Positions 1 to 8,833 of a stretch of 64,000 bases of DNA are shown here, piece by piece (positions within the stretch are counted from its first letter, which is position 1; each line of letters opens with the position of its first letter). This DNA comes from Candidatus Xenobia bacterium. GTDB lineage: Bacteria > Vulcanimicrobiota > Xenobia > Xenobiales > QWHO01. The stretch spans positions 1 to 64,000 of the forward strand of contig BTUM01000021.1 of the NCBI GenBank assembly GCA_045863235.1, written 5' to 3'. The position numbers and the translations under genes were made by a program. The notes under the pieces are model-generated. The model did no database searches. It was not told where the DNA came from and saw only the letters and a program-made list of their open reading frames with translations.

Positions 1-26
1 CAACGACTTGAGTCGTTTACTCAAAT

Positions 27-46
27 CCACCAGCTTTAGCTGGTGG
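27..46 (-). terminator. Hairpin just downstream of the MMPL stop, possible terminator
   Basis: CCACCAGCT-TT-AGCTGGTGG perfect 9-bp inverted repeat; U-tract is weak. A second palindrome AACGACT-TG-AGTCGTT lies at 2-17. Confidence 0.35.
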
Positions 47-49
47 TCG

Positions 50-2782
50 TTAATCGTCTCGGCGGGAATGGCGCCGCAGCACCTGCAGTACCGCCGGCAG
101 CACCAGCAACGAGGTGACCATGTTGGTGATGGTTCCCACCGTCATCACGAAGCCCAGGCTCGCGATGCCCTGGTGATGGGCGGCCATCAAAGCGCCGAAG
201 CCGGCCACGTTGGTCAGCGCGTCGAGTACGATGGCCGTGCCCGTCGAGCGGGTGAAGACGGCATTGGATGACTCCTCGCGGGTCCGCTGGAGCACGTGGA
301 TGCCGAAGACCAGGCCGATGCCCAGCACCAGCGGGAGGGCCATGAAATTGGCCGGGTTAAAGGAGACTTTGTAAACGGCCATCAGCCCCAGCATCCACAC
401 GATGCCCATGACCTTGGGCAGCAGGGCCAGAAGGGTGTCGCTCAGCGACCGAAAATGCACGAACAAGAGGATGCAGATGACGTAGAAGGCATACAGGCCG
501 GAGACCTCATAGGCGTGCTTCATCGCTTCGGTGTGGTGGTAGACCATGATGGGCGTTCCGATCGCCCGCGCGTCGACTTTCTGGACGTCGCGCACGAATC
601 GGTCCAGCGGCTCTCGTTCCCAGACGTTGAAGCGCGGGTAGATGCGCAACATGATTTTGCCGGTCTGACCCAGACCGCGCAGCTTGAGTTGCTCGGGAAG
701 ATCGGCCAGGCGAATGGGGGGCTCGGAACGCTGGTCTTTCAAGAACAGGATCATCTCGCGCAGGTCGCTGAAAAAGTCGACCTGGAAGGTGGTCAGACCG
801 TCCATGATAGGGCCCGGGCCCATCTGCTCCAGGGTGTTGAAGAGCCGATCGAGCACATTGCGGAAGCGGATTGCCTGGTCTCGCACCTCGGGGTTCCGGT
901 CGCGCCTGAGGCGGGGGTAAGCGGCGTTGAAGGCTTCCTCGAGCTCCAGGAAGCCATTGGCCATGCCCCGCAGGCTGCTCGCTCCCGGCGGGTCGGAAGG
1001 GACCACGGGCAGGGAGATGCCCCGCATGAGCTGCTCGACGCGCTTGACCAGGGGAACCTTGGCCTCATAGTCGGCCGGCACCAGAGGCAGGAACGACTCG
1101 ACCACGCTCACGGTGGGCAAGGCTTTGAAGGCCCTGGTCTTGGCCTCTGCTTCGGGGATCGTGTCGGCCGTCGCGATGGCAAAGATGACCGAGTGCTCAG
1201 CGGTGCGGATCAGGCGCAATTCGGTCTTGACCGACTCCAGGTGCTGGGCCTGCATGTTCAGCAAGTTGTAGTCGAAGTGGACTTCAGTGAGTCGGAAGCC
1301 GCACAGCAAAGTGAATATGATGGAGGGCACCAGCACGTACCAGGGGTGGCGCAGCAGCCACTCCTCGGCTCGGGCGGCCATGCCGTGCGGGTTGACCAGC
1401 GGTCGCAACTTCTCCGGGAAATGACGCTCGCGCAGGAAGACCATGGCCGGCAGCATGGTCAGCATGCCCACGAAGCAGAGCATGACGCCGGCCCCTGAGA
1501 TGTCGCCTAACTCGGCCACCCCTTTGAAGTCCATGAAGCGGATGGCCCAGAAAGCCACCGCCGTGCTCAGCGCACCGGTCAAATTCTCGACCCCTGTGCC
1601 CTGCATGGTAGCCAGCATCGCCTCCAGGGGAGGCAGTCCGTCGAGCCGCTCTTCCTGGTACCGGAGCAGGAAGTTGACCCCGAAGTCGACTCCCAGCCCC
1701 ACCAGGATCGTCCCGAAGGTGACCGTGAGCAGGTTGAGGTGGCCGATCACCAGGGTGGTGTAGCCCAGCGTCCAGGCCAGGCTGACCAGCAAGATGTAGA
1801 CCACCATCAGCGGGCGGGTCAGCTCGCGGAAGGAGTAGATGTAGAGGAAGGCTACGATCACCAGGGAGAGGCTGGTGGCCCAGGAGGCATCCTTCATGGA
1901 CGAGTTCATCTCGTCGATCTCGAGCACGGTCTCGCCGGTAATGGCCGAGTGCACCCCCGGAAAGCTGCGCACGACCTCGCGCATCAAGACGCGCAGACGC
2001 TTGACGCTCGCTTCCGGGTCGCCGCCATCCCTGGGACGGACCATGAGAAAGTACGTTTCCCCGCCTCGAATCGTGTTGTAGATGGTCGTCTTGCCGCTCG
2101 AGCTCAGCTCGGGGGGAGCGTCTTGAGGCACCTCCCCGAAGAAGACGCTCTGCCACGGCGAGCGATAGCTGTAGCGGCCCCTGGTTTGCAGGCTCTCCAG
2201 CAAGAGCTCCATGACCTCATTGAGAAAGGGAAGCATGCGGGCCAGTTGCTCCGGGCCGGCCTCCTCGCGCGAGCTGAATCGTTCCATCAAGCTGGCCAGC
2301 CCGCCCTCGCTGCCCAGGGCCTTGAGCAGGGGGCGGGCGTCCTCCAGCTCTTGCACCAGACCCTTGAGCCCGGCCAGGTCGAAGTAGAACAGGGCGTGGG
2401 TGCGCACGAAGGGGAGCTCGAACTTGCCGAAGACGTCCTGGAACAGCTCGGGCTCGGCCAGCAGGCGTCGTACAGCCTCGTCCACGAACTGCTGACGCTG
2501 CTCGTTGTTGCCGCCCTCGATCACCACCACGATGTCCTCGGTGACCGGAAACTCCTTGCGAAACTCTCGGTGCAACTGCAGGTACTTTTCGTTCTCGTTG
2601 ACCAGGGCCGAGCGGTCGGTGGCGAACTCCAGACTGCTGGAGGCGTAGATCAGACTGGCCAGGGCCAGCAGATTGGCCACGATGAGGACGGTCCAGGGGA
2701 AGCGGTAGGTCAGACGCACGACCCCCTGCAACATTCGCACGGCCAGCGATGCCCGGGGCAGCGACCAGCCCTGGTCGCTCAC
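50..2782 (-). CDS. MMPL/RND-family lipid transporter, HpnN (hopanoid transporter)-like, 910 aa
   Basis: Two-fold repeat of N-terminal TM, large soluble loop and TM bundle; GLGVDFG-type motif in the first half and LGIGLVFGIH in the second. Confidence 0.85.
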   Translation of the reverse strand: MSDQGWSLPRASLAVRMLQGVVRLTYRFPWTVLIVANLLALASLIYASSSLEFATDRSALVNENEKYLQLHREFRKEFPVTEDIVVVIEGGNNEQRQQFVDEAVRRLLAEPELFQDVFGKFELPFVRTHALFYFDLAGLKGLVQELEDARPLLKALGSEGGLASLMERFSSREEAGPEQLARMLPFLNEVMELLLESLQTRGRYSYRSPWQSVFFGEVPQDAPPELSSSGKTTIYNTIRGGETYFLMVRPRDGGDPEASVKRLRVLMREVVRSFPGVHSAITGETVLEIDEMNSSMKDASWATSLSLVIVAFLYIYSFRELTRPLMVVYILLVSLAWTLGYTTLVIGHLNLLTVTFGTILVGLGVDFGVNFLLRYQEERLDGLPPLEAMLATMQGTGVENLTGALSTAVAFWAIRFMDFKGVAELGDISGAGVMLCFVGMLTMLPAMVFLRERHFPEKLRPLVNPHGMAARAEEWLLRHPWYVLVPSIIFTLLCGFRLTEVHFDYNLLNMQAQHLESVKTELRLIRTAEHSVIFAIATADTIPEAEAKTRAFKALPTVSVVESFLPLVPADYEAKVPLVKRVEQLMRGISLPVVPSDPPGASSLRGMANGFLELEEAFNAAYPRLRRDRNPEVRDQAIRFRNVLDRLFNTLEQMGPGPIMDGLTTFQVDFFSDLREMILFLKDQRSEPPIRLADLPEQLKLRGLGQTGKIMLRIYPRFNVWEREPLDRFVRDVQKVDARAIGTPIMVYHHTEAMKHAYEVSGLYAFYVICILLFVHFRSLSDTLLALLPKVMGIVWMLGLMAVYKVSFNPANFMALPLVLGIGLVFGIHVLQRTREESSNAVFTRSTGTAIVLDALTNVAGFGALMAAHHQGIASLGFVMTVGTITNMVTSLLVLPAVLQVLRRHSRRDD

Positions 2783-2944
2783 GTGCGTCCCCGTCCAGGA
2801 CCATCAACCCGGTTGTCCAGCCGCGCGCAACCCTGTTCAGAAATTCTGAAGCCATGATGTGGCGGAGGCGGGGGTAGGGGCCGCCCAGAGCCTGCCGCCT
2901 CCAGCACTCCAAGGGGGCCTGCGCCTGAGGCGACGGCTCGCACC

Positions 2945-4012
2945 CTAGAGACCAAATTCGTCGAGCAGCTTCTCCCAGCGTTCGACGTCGCTCTTCAACT
3001 TTTCCGAGCGCGCCCTCAGATCGGAAACCATCTTGCGCAGGTCAGCCTGGACCTGCGGATCCGAGCTGAGTGTGTGCATATCTTCAGCCAGCAGGGCCAT
3101 GTCTTCCAGCTTGCGTGAATACTCGCGCACGGTGGCGATAATCTTTTCGGGAACGACCGTATCGTGATACCGCTTGGAGATCTCGTCCACCACCTGCTCG
3201 GCTTGCTCGGAGTAGCGCACCACTTTCTTGAGCAGTGTGGCCAGCTCGCCCGATGACCTGTGGATCCGAGACCGGTAACTGTCGAGCGATTCGCGCACCT
3301 GAGGGGTCATGGAGACCAGGCGTTCTCGCACCCGCCCGACCTGGGCGTCGATACGGGAGATCTGGCCATGCAGCCTGGCTTCCTGTTCGGAAAGAGCCCG
3401 ATCGATGCTCTGCAGCGACTCGTTGGCCGATTCACTGGTGCGGGCGAACTCGCGCGAGTAGAATCGCATGTTGGAAGCCATGTCCTTGACGTTGCGGCGA
3501 AACTCCTCGTCCTCCACCAGATCGCGCATCTCGGCCGTCTGAACGTTGAGCTTCTTGAAGGTCTTGAGGGTCTTGGTCAGCTGATCCTCGTTGGAGGCCG
3601 GCTGCTCTCCGGAGATGGTGCTCTGACTGGCCAGGGGCTGACCCTCGCCCGTCAGCATGACTTCAATCCAGCGATAGCCTTTAAGATTGGAGCGCTGCTG
3701 GTAGCGGGCCCCTTCGGTGAGGCGCACCTTGCGATTGAAGGTGACGGTCACCTTGACCTGGGGCTGTAGACCGTCCCTTTCGAATTGGCGGCGCTCTTCC
3801 TCGCTGGCGAAGTCGATTTTCTCGATGAAACCGGCCTGCACGCCTGCCACGGTAACCGGATCCCCGGGGCGAAGACCGCTCACGTGGGTGAAGAGCAAAT
3901 TGTAGCGAGGACTGAAAGGGTCAGGGCGGGTGTCTTGCTTTTGCAGTCCGACCACGAGCAGGACTGTCAGAAGACAGACCACGGTCAGCCCGATGTTGAA
4001 TTCCTTACTCAC
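2945..4012 (-). CDS. MCE/MlaD-family protein with long helical C-terminus, about 355 aa
   Basis: N-terminal TM, then MCE signature VSGLRPGDPVTVAGVQAGFIEKI, then coiled coil. Start moved to GTG at 4012 (MSKEFNIGL). Confidence 0.8.
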   Translation of the reverse strand: MSKEFNIGLTVVCLLTVLLVVGLQKQDTRPDPFSPRYNLLFTHVSGLRPGDPVTVAGVQAGFIEKIDFASEEERRQFERDGLQPQVKVTVTFNRKVRLTEGARYQQRSNLKGYRWIEVMLTGEGQPLASQSTISGEQPASNEDQLTKTLKTFKKLNVQTAEMRDLVEDEEFRRNVKDMASNMRFYSREFARTSESANESLQSIDRALSEQEARLHGQISRIDAQVGRVRERLVSMTPQVRESLDSYRSRIHRSSGELATLLKKVVRYSEQAEQVVDEISKRYHDTVVPEKIIATVREYSRKLEDMALLAEDMHTLSSDPQVQADLRKMVSDLRARSEKLKSDVERWEKLLDEFGL

Positions 4013-4097
4013 CCGATCAACCCTTGCCGAGGCCGAAGCCAGGAGCGCAGCCGGAAACTCCTTGACAAAGCATTCCAGTTGCGCGACGCCCAAACAG

Positions 4098-4125
4098 ATT
4101 GTAGAAGTTCGACCGCAGTAAGCAA
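4098..4125 (-). promoter_or_regulatory. Putative sigma70 promoter for MCE-MMPL genes
   Basis: Minus strand TTGCTT-N16-TACAAT. Confidence 0.35.
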
Positions 4126-4244
4126 CCTCTTGTGGTGGCGAGAGAGCTTAGCTTCTCCGACACTACCAAAGGTTTGTCGGCCGGACCTCTCGGCCCGATT
4201 GGAGCGCTTCTTTTGCTGCGGCGACGCCAAACCCTGCCGCCTGC

Positions 4245-5042
4245 TCAGCTTGAAACCCGGAAGAATTCCCAGGCCTGACGCACGCAGGTCTCCAGGTCGT
4301 GCTCTTGACTCGTTCCCGGGAGGAAGTCGGCCAGAAACTCGATGTTGCCGGCCGGCCCGCGAACGGGAGACCAGGTCAGCCCCTGGCAGCCCAGTCCGAG
4401 GCCTGAGGCGAACCCGATCACCTGGGAGAGCACCTGCTGATGGATCCGGGCGTCGCGCACCACGCCCCCCTTGCCCACCTCTTGCCGTCCGGCTTCGAAC
4501 TGGGGCTTGATCAGGCTCACCAGGTGGGCGGTCGGTGTCAGGAGCGCCTGGACCGGGCCCAGGATCAGCTCGAGCGAGATGAAAGAAACGTCCACGCAGG
4601 CAAAGTCGATCGGCTCGCTCACGTGACTTGCATCCAGGTGACGGGCGTTGACCTGCTCCACCACCACGACCCGTGGGTCCTGGCGCAGCTTCCAGTCGAG
4701 TTGACCGCGCCCGACATCCACTGCGTAAACGCGCCTGGCTCCCCGCTGCAGCAGGCAATCGGTGAATCCTCCGGTGGAGGCACCCACGTCCAGGGCGACC
4801 AGCCCGGATACCTCCAACTGGAAGACATCCAGGGCCCGTTGCAGTTTCAGGCCGCCGCGACTCACGTAGGGGTGATCCGAGCCGCGCACTTCCAACTCCA
4901 GGTCCGGGGCCAGAGTCTGGCCCGGCTTGTCGACGCGCACTCCTCGGACGTAGACGGTGCCAGCCAGAATCAGGGCCTGGGCCCGCTCTCGACTGGGGGC
5001 CAGGCCCTGGGCGACCAGGAGTTTGTCAGCCCGCTCTTTCAC
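4245..5042 (-). CDS. tlyA: TlyA-family rRNA 2'-O-methyltransferase
   Basis: S4 domain, [34 protein letters not shown] and GNIEF motifs. Confidence 0.95.
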   Translation of the reverse strand: MKERADKLLVAQGLAPSRERAQALILAGTVYVRGVRVDKPGQTLAPDLELEVRGSDHPYVSRGGLKLQRALDVFQLEVSGLVALDVGASTGGFTDCLLQRGARRVYAVDVGRGQLDWKLRQDPRVVVVEQVNARHLDASHVSEPIDFACVDVSFISLELILGPVQALLTPTAHLVSLIKPQFEAGRQEVGKGGVVRDARIHQQVLSQVIGFASGLGLGCQGLTWSPVRGPAGNIEFLADFLPGTSQEHDLETCVRQAWEFFRVSS

Positions 5043-5096
5043 CCGGCCAGTATAGGCCGGGGAGGCGCACAGAGCAAATGAGGCAACGCCCCGACA

Positions 5097-5867
5097 TCAG
5101 TCGTGGGTGCCGGGAGGAGCAGGCGTGACGGCCGGCGCGCTCGGACCGCGTCGGGCCAGCAGCCAGAGGAAGGTCAGGTTGACGAAGCCGAGCAGGTAGA
5201 GGGGAAGCAGGGTTCCCTGGTTGACCGGGGCAGCCGGAGTGGGCGCGGGTGTCGAGGCCTCGGGCGTGGTTCCGGGAGTCGGGGTGGCCACCGGTCTTGC
5301 GGCCTCGGCGGGGGAGAAGCGAAACTGGATCGAGAGCTGGGCCTTGTTGTTGTAGTCAAGGTAGCTCTGCATGGAGGACTGGTAGCTCTGGATGCGCTCG
5401 CGCATCATCTGCTGGAGCTCGGCCCGTACCAGGGCCTGGTCAGTGGGGCTGAGATTGGCCTGGCGCAAGATGGTGTCCAGGGGCACCTGAGCCACCGCCT
5501 CATACAATTGCACCCGGTTGGCGGCATCGCGGTAGGAGGAAGTGTAGTCGGAGCTGGAGCGAGATTGATTCTCCACGCGTCCGAGCCTGGTCAGATCGGC
5601 GATCAGACCATTTAGCTCACTCGGGGGGCACTGCAGGTTGGCGCTGGCCTGCGAGCTGCTGGAGTCGAGGTTGAAGTTGTTGACCACGGCTTTGTGCTTC
5701 TGGGCCATTTCGCCCAGACGGGCCGACAGCTCTTCGGGCGAGTTGCAGATGAGGGTGGCGTTAAAGTTGGTCTGGCGGACTTCCTTCGGCATGTCGGGCC
5801 TGGCCCAGGCCGGACACCAGACGCTGACCAGGAGCATTCCTGCAATCACAGCACGCTTCACGCTCAT
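5097..5867 (-). CDS. DUF4349-like exported, C-terminally anchored protein, 256 aa
   Basis: GAAGGAGG SD before ATG 5867; signal peptide MSVKRAVIAGMLLVSVWCPAWA; 'LTRLGRVENQSRSSSDYT' resembles DUF4349; Pro/Thr linker and C-terminal TM. The longer listed ORF start is antisense shadow of the kinase. Confidence 0.6.
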   Translation of the reverse strand: MSVKRAVIAGMLLVSVWCPAWARPDMPKEVRQTNFNATLICNSPEELSARLGEMAQKHKAVVNNFNLDSSSSQASANLQCPPSELNGLIADLTRLGRVENQSRSSSDYTSSYRDAANRVQLYEAVAQVPLDTILRQANLSPTDQALVRAELQQMMRERIQSYQSSMQSYLDYNNKAQLSIQFRFSPAEAARPVATPTPGTTPEASTPAPTPAAPVNQGTLLPLYLLGFVNLTFLWLLARRGPSAPAVTPAPPGTHD

Positions 5868-5978
5868 AGACCCCTCCTTCTGGACTGACTCGATAGCAGT
5901 CCTGTCGTCAAAGGTTCGGGAGTTCTTCCCGGGCTCCTGGATCAGAGGAACCTCCGGTGGTTCCAAGAAGCCAGCTCG

Positions 5979-6869
5979 ATGAGGATCCTCGCCATCGTCA
6001 ATCCGATGGCCGGCTATCGCCACTGGACCCCCTTCCTGGGGCCAACCCCGGCTCAGATCATCCAGCGCACCTTCCACCAGATGGGCGTGCCCTGCGACAT
6101 CCATCTCACGCGAGGCTCGGGAGACGGGTTCCTGGCTGCCAAGAGGGGGGTAGGGGAGGGCTACGACACCATCGTGGCCGCCGGGGGTGACGGCACCATC
6201 AACGAGGTGGTGAACGGGGTAGCCGGCACCGGGGTGGCCTTCGGCGTGGTGCCCATCGGCACCGAGAACGTGCTGGCCAAGGAGATGAAGATTCCCCTGC
6301 AGATCGAAGCCGCTTGCAGGCACATCGTGGCCACACCTCCACGGGTGCTCGACCTGGGCCAGCTCGACGAGCGTTACTTTCTCTGCTTTGCCGGGCTGGG
6401 GCTGGATGCCCAGGTGGTGGCCGAGGTCTCGCAGGAGGACAAGAGCCTGCTGGGAGGGCTGAGCTATGTGCTGACCGGCCTTCGGATCGCGATGAAGTAC
6501 CGTCGCCTGGACATGAAGGCCCGCATCCTGCTCGACGGTAAGCCTCTGGAGCACCGTTTCTGGCTCATCCTGGTGGGCAACATCCCTTCCTACGGCTGGC
6601 AGGTCCGCCTGACGCCCCTGGCCTCGCCCGATGACGGCTTGCTGGATGTGTGCATCTTTCCCCACGAGAACATCATCGGCATCCTGCGTCACCTGCTGGG
6701 AGCGGTGCTGGGAGTGCACATTCGCTTTCCCGAAATCGCCTACCACAAGTTCCGCGAGCTCTCGATCGAGACGGACCCGCCGGTGAAGGTGCAGATCGAC
6801 GGTGAGCTGGCCGGCACCACACCCTGCACCCTGCGGGTGGCCCGGGGAGCGTTGGTGGCCCGCTTCTAA
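5979..6869 (+). CDS. Diacylglycerol/lipid kinase, YegS/BmrU family
   Basis: NPMAG, AAGGDGTINEVVNG, PIGTENVLA, DDGLLD and QIDGE motifs. Confidence 0.93.
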   Translation: MRILAIVNPMAGYRHWTPFLGPTPAQIIQRTFHQMGVPCDIHLTRGSGDGFLAAKRGVGEGYDTIVAAGGDGTINEVVNGVAGTGVAFGVVPIGTENVLAKEMKIPLQIEAACRHIVATPPRVLDLGQLDERYFLCFAGLGLDAQVVAEVSQEDKSLLGGLSYVLTGLRIAMKYRRLDMKARILLDGKPLEHRFWLILVGNIPSYGWQVRLTPLASPDDGLLDVCIFPHENIIGILRHLLGAVLGVHIRFPEIAYHKFRELSIETDPPVKVQIDGELAGTTPCTLRVARGALVARF

Positions 6870-6975
6870 AGTGCAAGGCCTATGGTCTTGCACTTTACAA
6901 CGCGCTGGAACGCAGTTCCGGCGCGTTCGTCAGATAGTGGTTAATGTGCAAGACCAAAGTACGAGCACATTAACC
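6867..6975 (+). repeat. Three consecutive hairpins between convergent genes (terminator, REP-like or structured 3' UTR)
   Basis: Inverted repeats at 6867-6897, 6899-6927 and 6939-6975, each with an 11-14 bp stem. Confidence 0.6.
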
Positions 6976-6995
6976 TCGTCGCGGCATCGCACTCG

Positions 6996-8360
6996 TCAAT
7001 GCGCGAGAGTCTCATCTGCCTGCTGGGCGGGCAATAGCTCGCCCCGGGCGTGCGTCAGGCGGGCCCGGGCTCGGAGGTAGCCATAGTAGGTCGCCAGCCG
7101 GTCGGTGCGAGCCCTGAGAAAGCTCTGCTGCGACTCGGTGACCTGCAGCAGGGGGGCCACCCCGGCTCGGTACTGACCCTGGGCCATTTCCATCGCCAGG
7201 CGCGCCTGATCGACCTCGACCCCTGCCGCCGTGTAGGCCTCCGTGGCGGTCTCCACGGCTGCGTATGCCTGACGAACCTCCAACTCGACGGCGGCGAGCT
7301 GATCTTCGAGCAGGGCTTCGGATTCGCGAACCCGGGCCTCGGCCTGGGTGACCAGGTGAGCCTTTCGGTTGCCCTCCAGGATGGGCCAGCGAAACTCCAG
7401 GCCGAAGCGCCAGCCGGCGCTGCCGGGCAGGAACGCGTTCTCATTGTAGGCCACCGAGTTCATATCCGCGCTGGCGTACACTCCCGGGTTGTTGTCGCGC
7501 AAAGCGGCTTGCAAGGCGTGCTGGCTGGCCTCGAGCTCGAACTGGCGCCCCAGCACTTCGGGACGGAGCTTACGAGCGGCGGCCACCGAGGCAGCCAGGT
7601 CGCCAGGCACCTCGGGCGGTTTCTCCGGGTCTTGCAGCACCAGGGGCGTATCTTGAGGCAGGCCCAGCACCCGGTTGAGGCTGGCCTGGGTATTACTCAC
7701 CTCCAGCCGGCTGCGAGTGCGCTCGAGCACGGCCCGAGAAACCGGCACGCGGGCGTAGACGGTATCCGCTCGCGGGGCCGTGCCGGCAGCAAAGCGGGCC
7801 TCGCTGGCGGCCAGCTGGGTCTCGGCCAGCTCCACCGCTTCGGCTTGCACTTGCTCGCGGGCGCGGGCCTCCAGGGCGTCAAGGTAGGCCAGTTGAGCCT
7901 GCAGGGCGATCTGTTGGGACGAGGTGGCGAGCGCCTGGGCTACACTGTCGCCGCTGGCCCGGGCCCGATCGATGTGAGCCTGGATGCGCCCGAAGTCGAA
8001 CAGGAGCTGGCGCAGCAAGAGATCGAGCTGGCCCTGAGCGTAGTCGACCGGCTCGGATTGGAACTCGGTGGTGACCGGCAGACCCTGAAAGTTCGCCCTG
8101 ACCGGTGGGCCGGCCGGCTGGCGCATCTGGACCAGGCTGCCCGAGAAGGTCAGCTGGGGCCGGGCCGGGGCGGCCACGACATCGACCTCCTCGCGGGCCT
8201 GCTCGACCCGGGCCAGGGCTGCCCGCACGGCCGGGTTCTGGGCCACCGCGAGCCGGGAGGCCTCCTCCAATGTGAGCGCCACCGAGGGCCGGGGAGGCTC
8301 CTGGGCCAGGGCTGGAACCAGGAGCAGGCTGCACACCAGGAGCCAGAATGCACGTCTCAA
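6996..8360 (-). CDS. TolC-family outer membrane efflux protein
   Basis: Signal peptide; two OEP repeats (LTLEEA..LAVAQNP, RFAAGTA, QYRAGVA). Confidence 0.9.
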   Translation of the reverse strand: MRRAFWLLVCSLLLVPALAQEPPRPSVALTLEEASRLAVAQNPAVRAALARVEQAREEVDVVAAPARPQLTFSGSLVQMRQPAGPPVRANFQGLPVTTEFQSEPVDYAQGQLDLLLRQLLFDFGRIQAHIDRARASGDSVAQALATSSQQIALQAQLAYLDALEARAREQVQAEAVELAETQLAASEARFAAGTAPRADTVYARVPVSRAVLERTRSRLEVSNTQASLNRVLGLPQDTPLVLQDPEKPPEVPGDLAASVAAARKLRPEVLGRQFELEASQHALQAALRDNNPGVYASADMNSVAYNENAFLPGSAGWRFGLEFRWPILEGNRKAHLVTQAEARVRESEALLEDQLAAVELEVRQAYAAVETATEAYTAAGVEVDQARLAMEMAQGQYRAGVAPLLQVTESQQSFLRARTDRLATYYGYLRARARLTHARGELLPAQQADETLAH

Positions 8361-8368
8361 AGCGGCGT

Positions 8369-8833
8369 TCAGCTTTGGCCGTCGAGCGCGGGGCTCCTGC
8401 CAAGTTTTTTCTCCAGCACGATTCGGGTTTCGGGACCAGCCAGGGTGCCGATGATCTCAAAGCCGCTGAGAATGGACAGGATCAACATGCCCGGGTATCG
8501 GTTGCGGGTCTGGCTTCGCACCGTGCGAAAGCCGGCCCTCTCCAGCAGGCGGTGCTGTCTGGCCATGAGGGCTCGGGCGATGCCGCGACGCCGGAAGTCC
8601 GGGTCCACCCCGCCAATCCAGGAGTAAAATCGGCCCGGTCGCTCCTCGTAGCCGAACTTGTAACCCACCACCCGGCCTTGAACCAGGGCCACCAGCAAGA
8701 GCTTGCGAGGCCGCCCCCGCAGCACGGACCGAAGTCGCCGCTGGCTCAGGGGGCCGAGCACCTTTCGGTGCAGGGCCAGCGCTTCAGGAAGATAGCGACT
8801 CAGCCGCTTACCCTTGAGTCTCAGGATCCGCAT
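8369..8833 (-). CDS. GNAT-family N-acetyltransferase
   Basis: Acetyl-CoA motif GGVDPDFRRRGIARALM. Confidence 0.88.
   Translation of the reverse strand: MRILRLKGKRLSRYLPEALALHRKVLGPLSQRRLRSVLRGRPRKLLLVALVQGRVVGYKFGYEERPGRFYSWIGGVDPDFRRRGIARALMARQHRLLERAGFRTVRSQTRNRYPGMLILSILSGFEIIGTLAGPETRIVLEKKLGRSPALDGQS

Noticed and set aside
4214..4232. GG-N10-GC sigma54-like spacing upstream of the MCE gene
   Set aside because: Lacks the TGGCAC and TTGC consensus bases; such spacing is common in GC-rich DNA.
5868..6893. N-terminal 342 aa of ORF 5097..6893 (also the extensions of 27362..29749, 53030..54064, 56928..58160 and 57919..59475)
   Set aside because: They overlap real genes or promoters; better internal starts with SD, signal peptide or -10 box exist.
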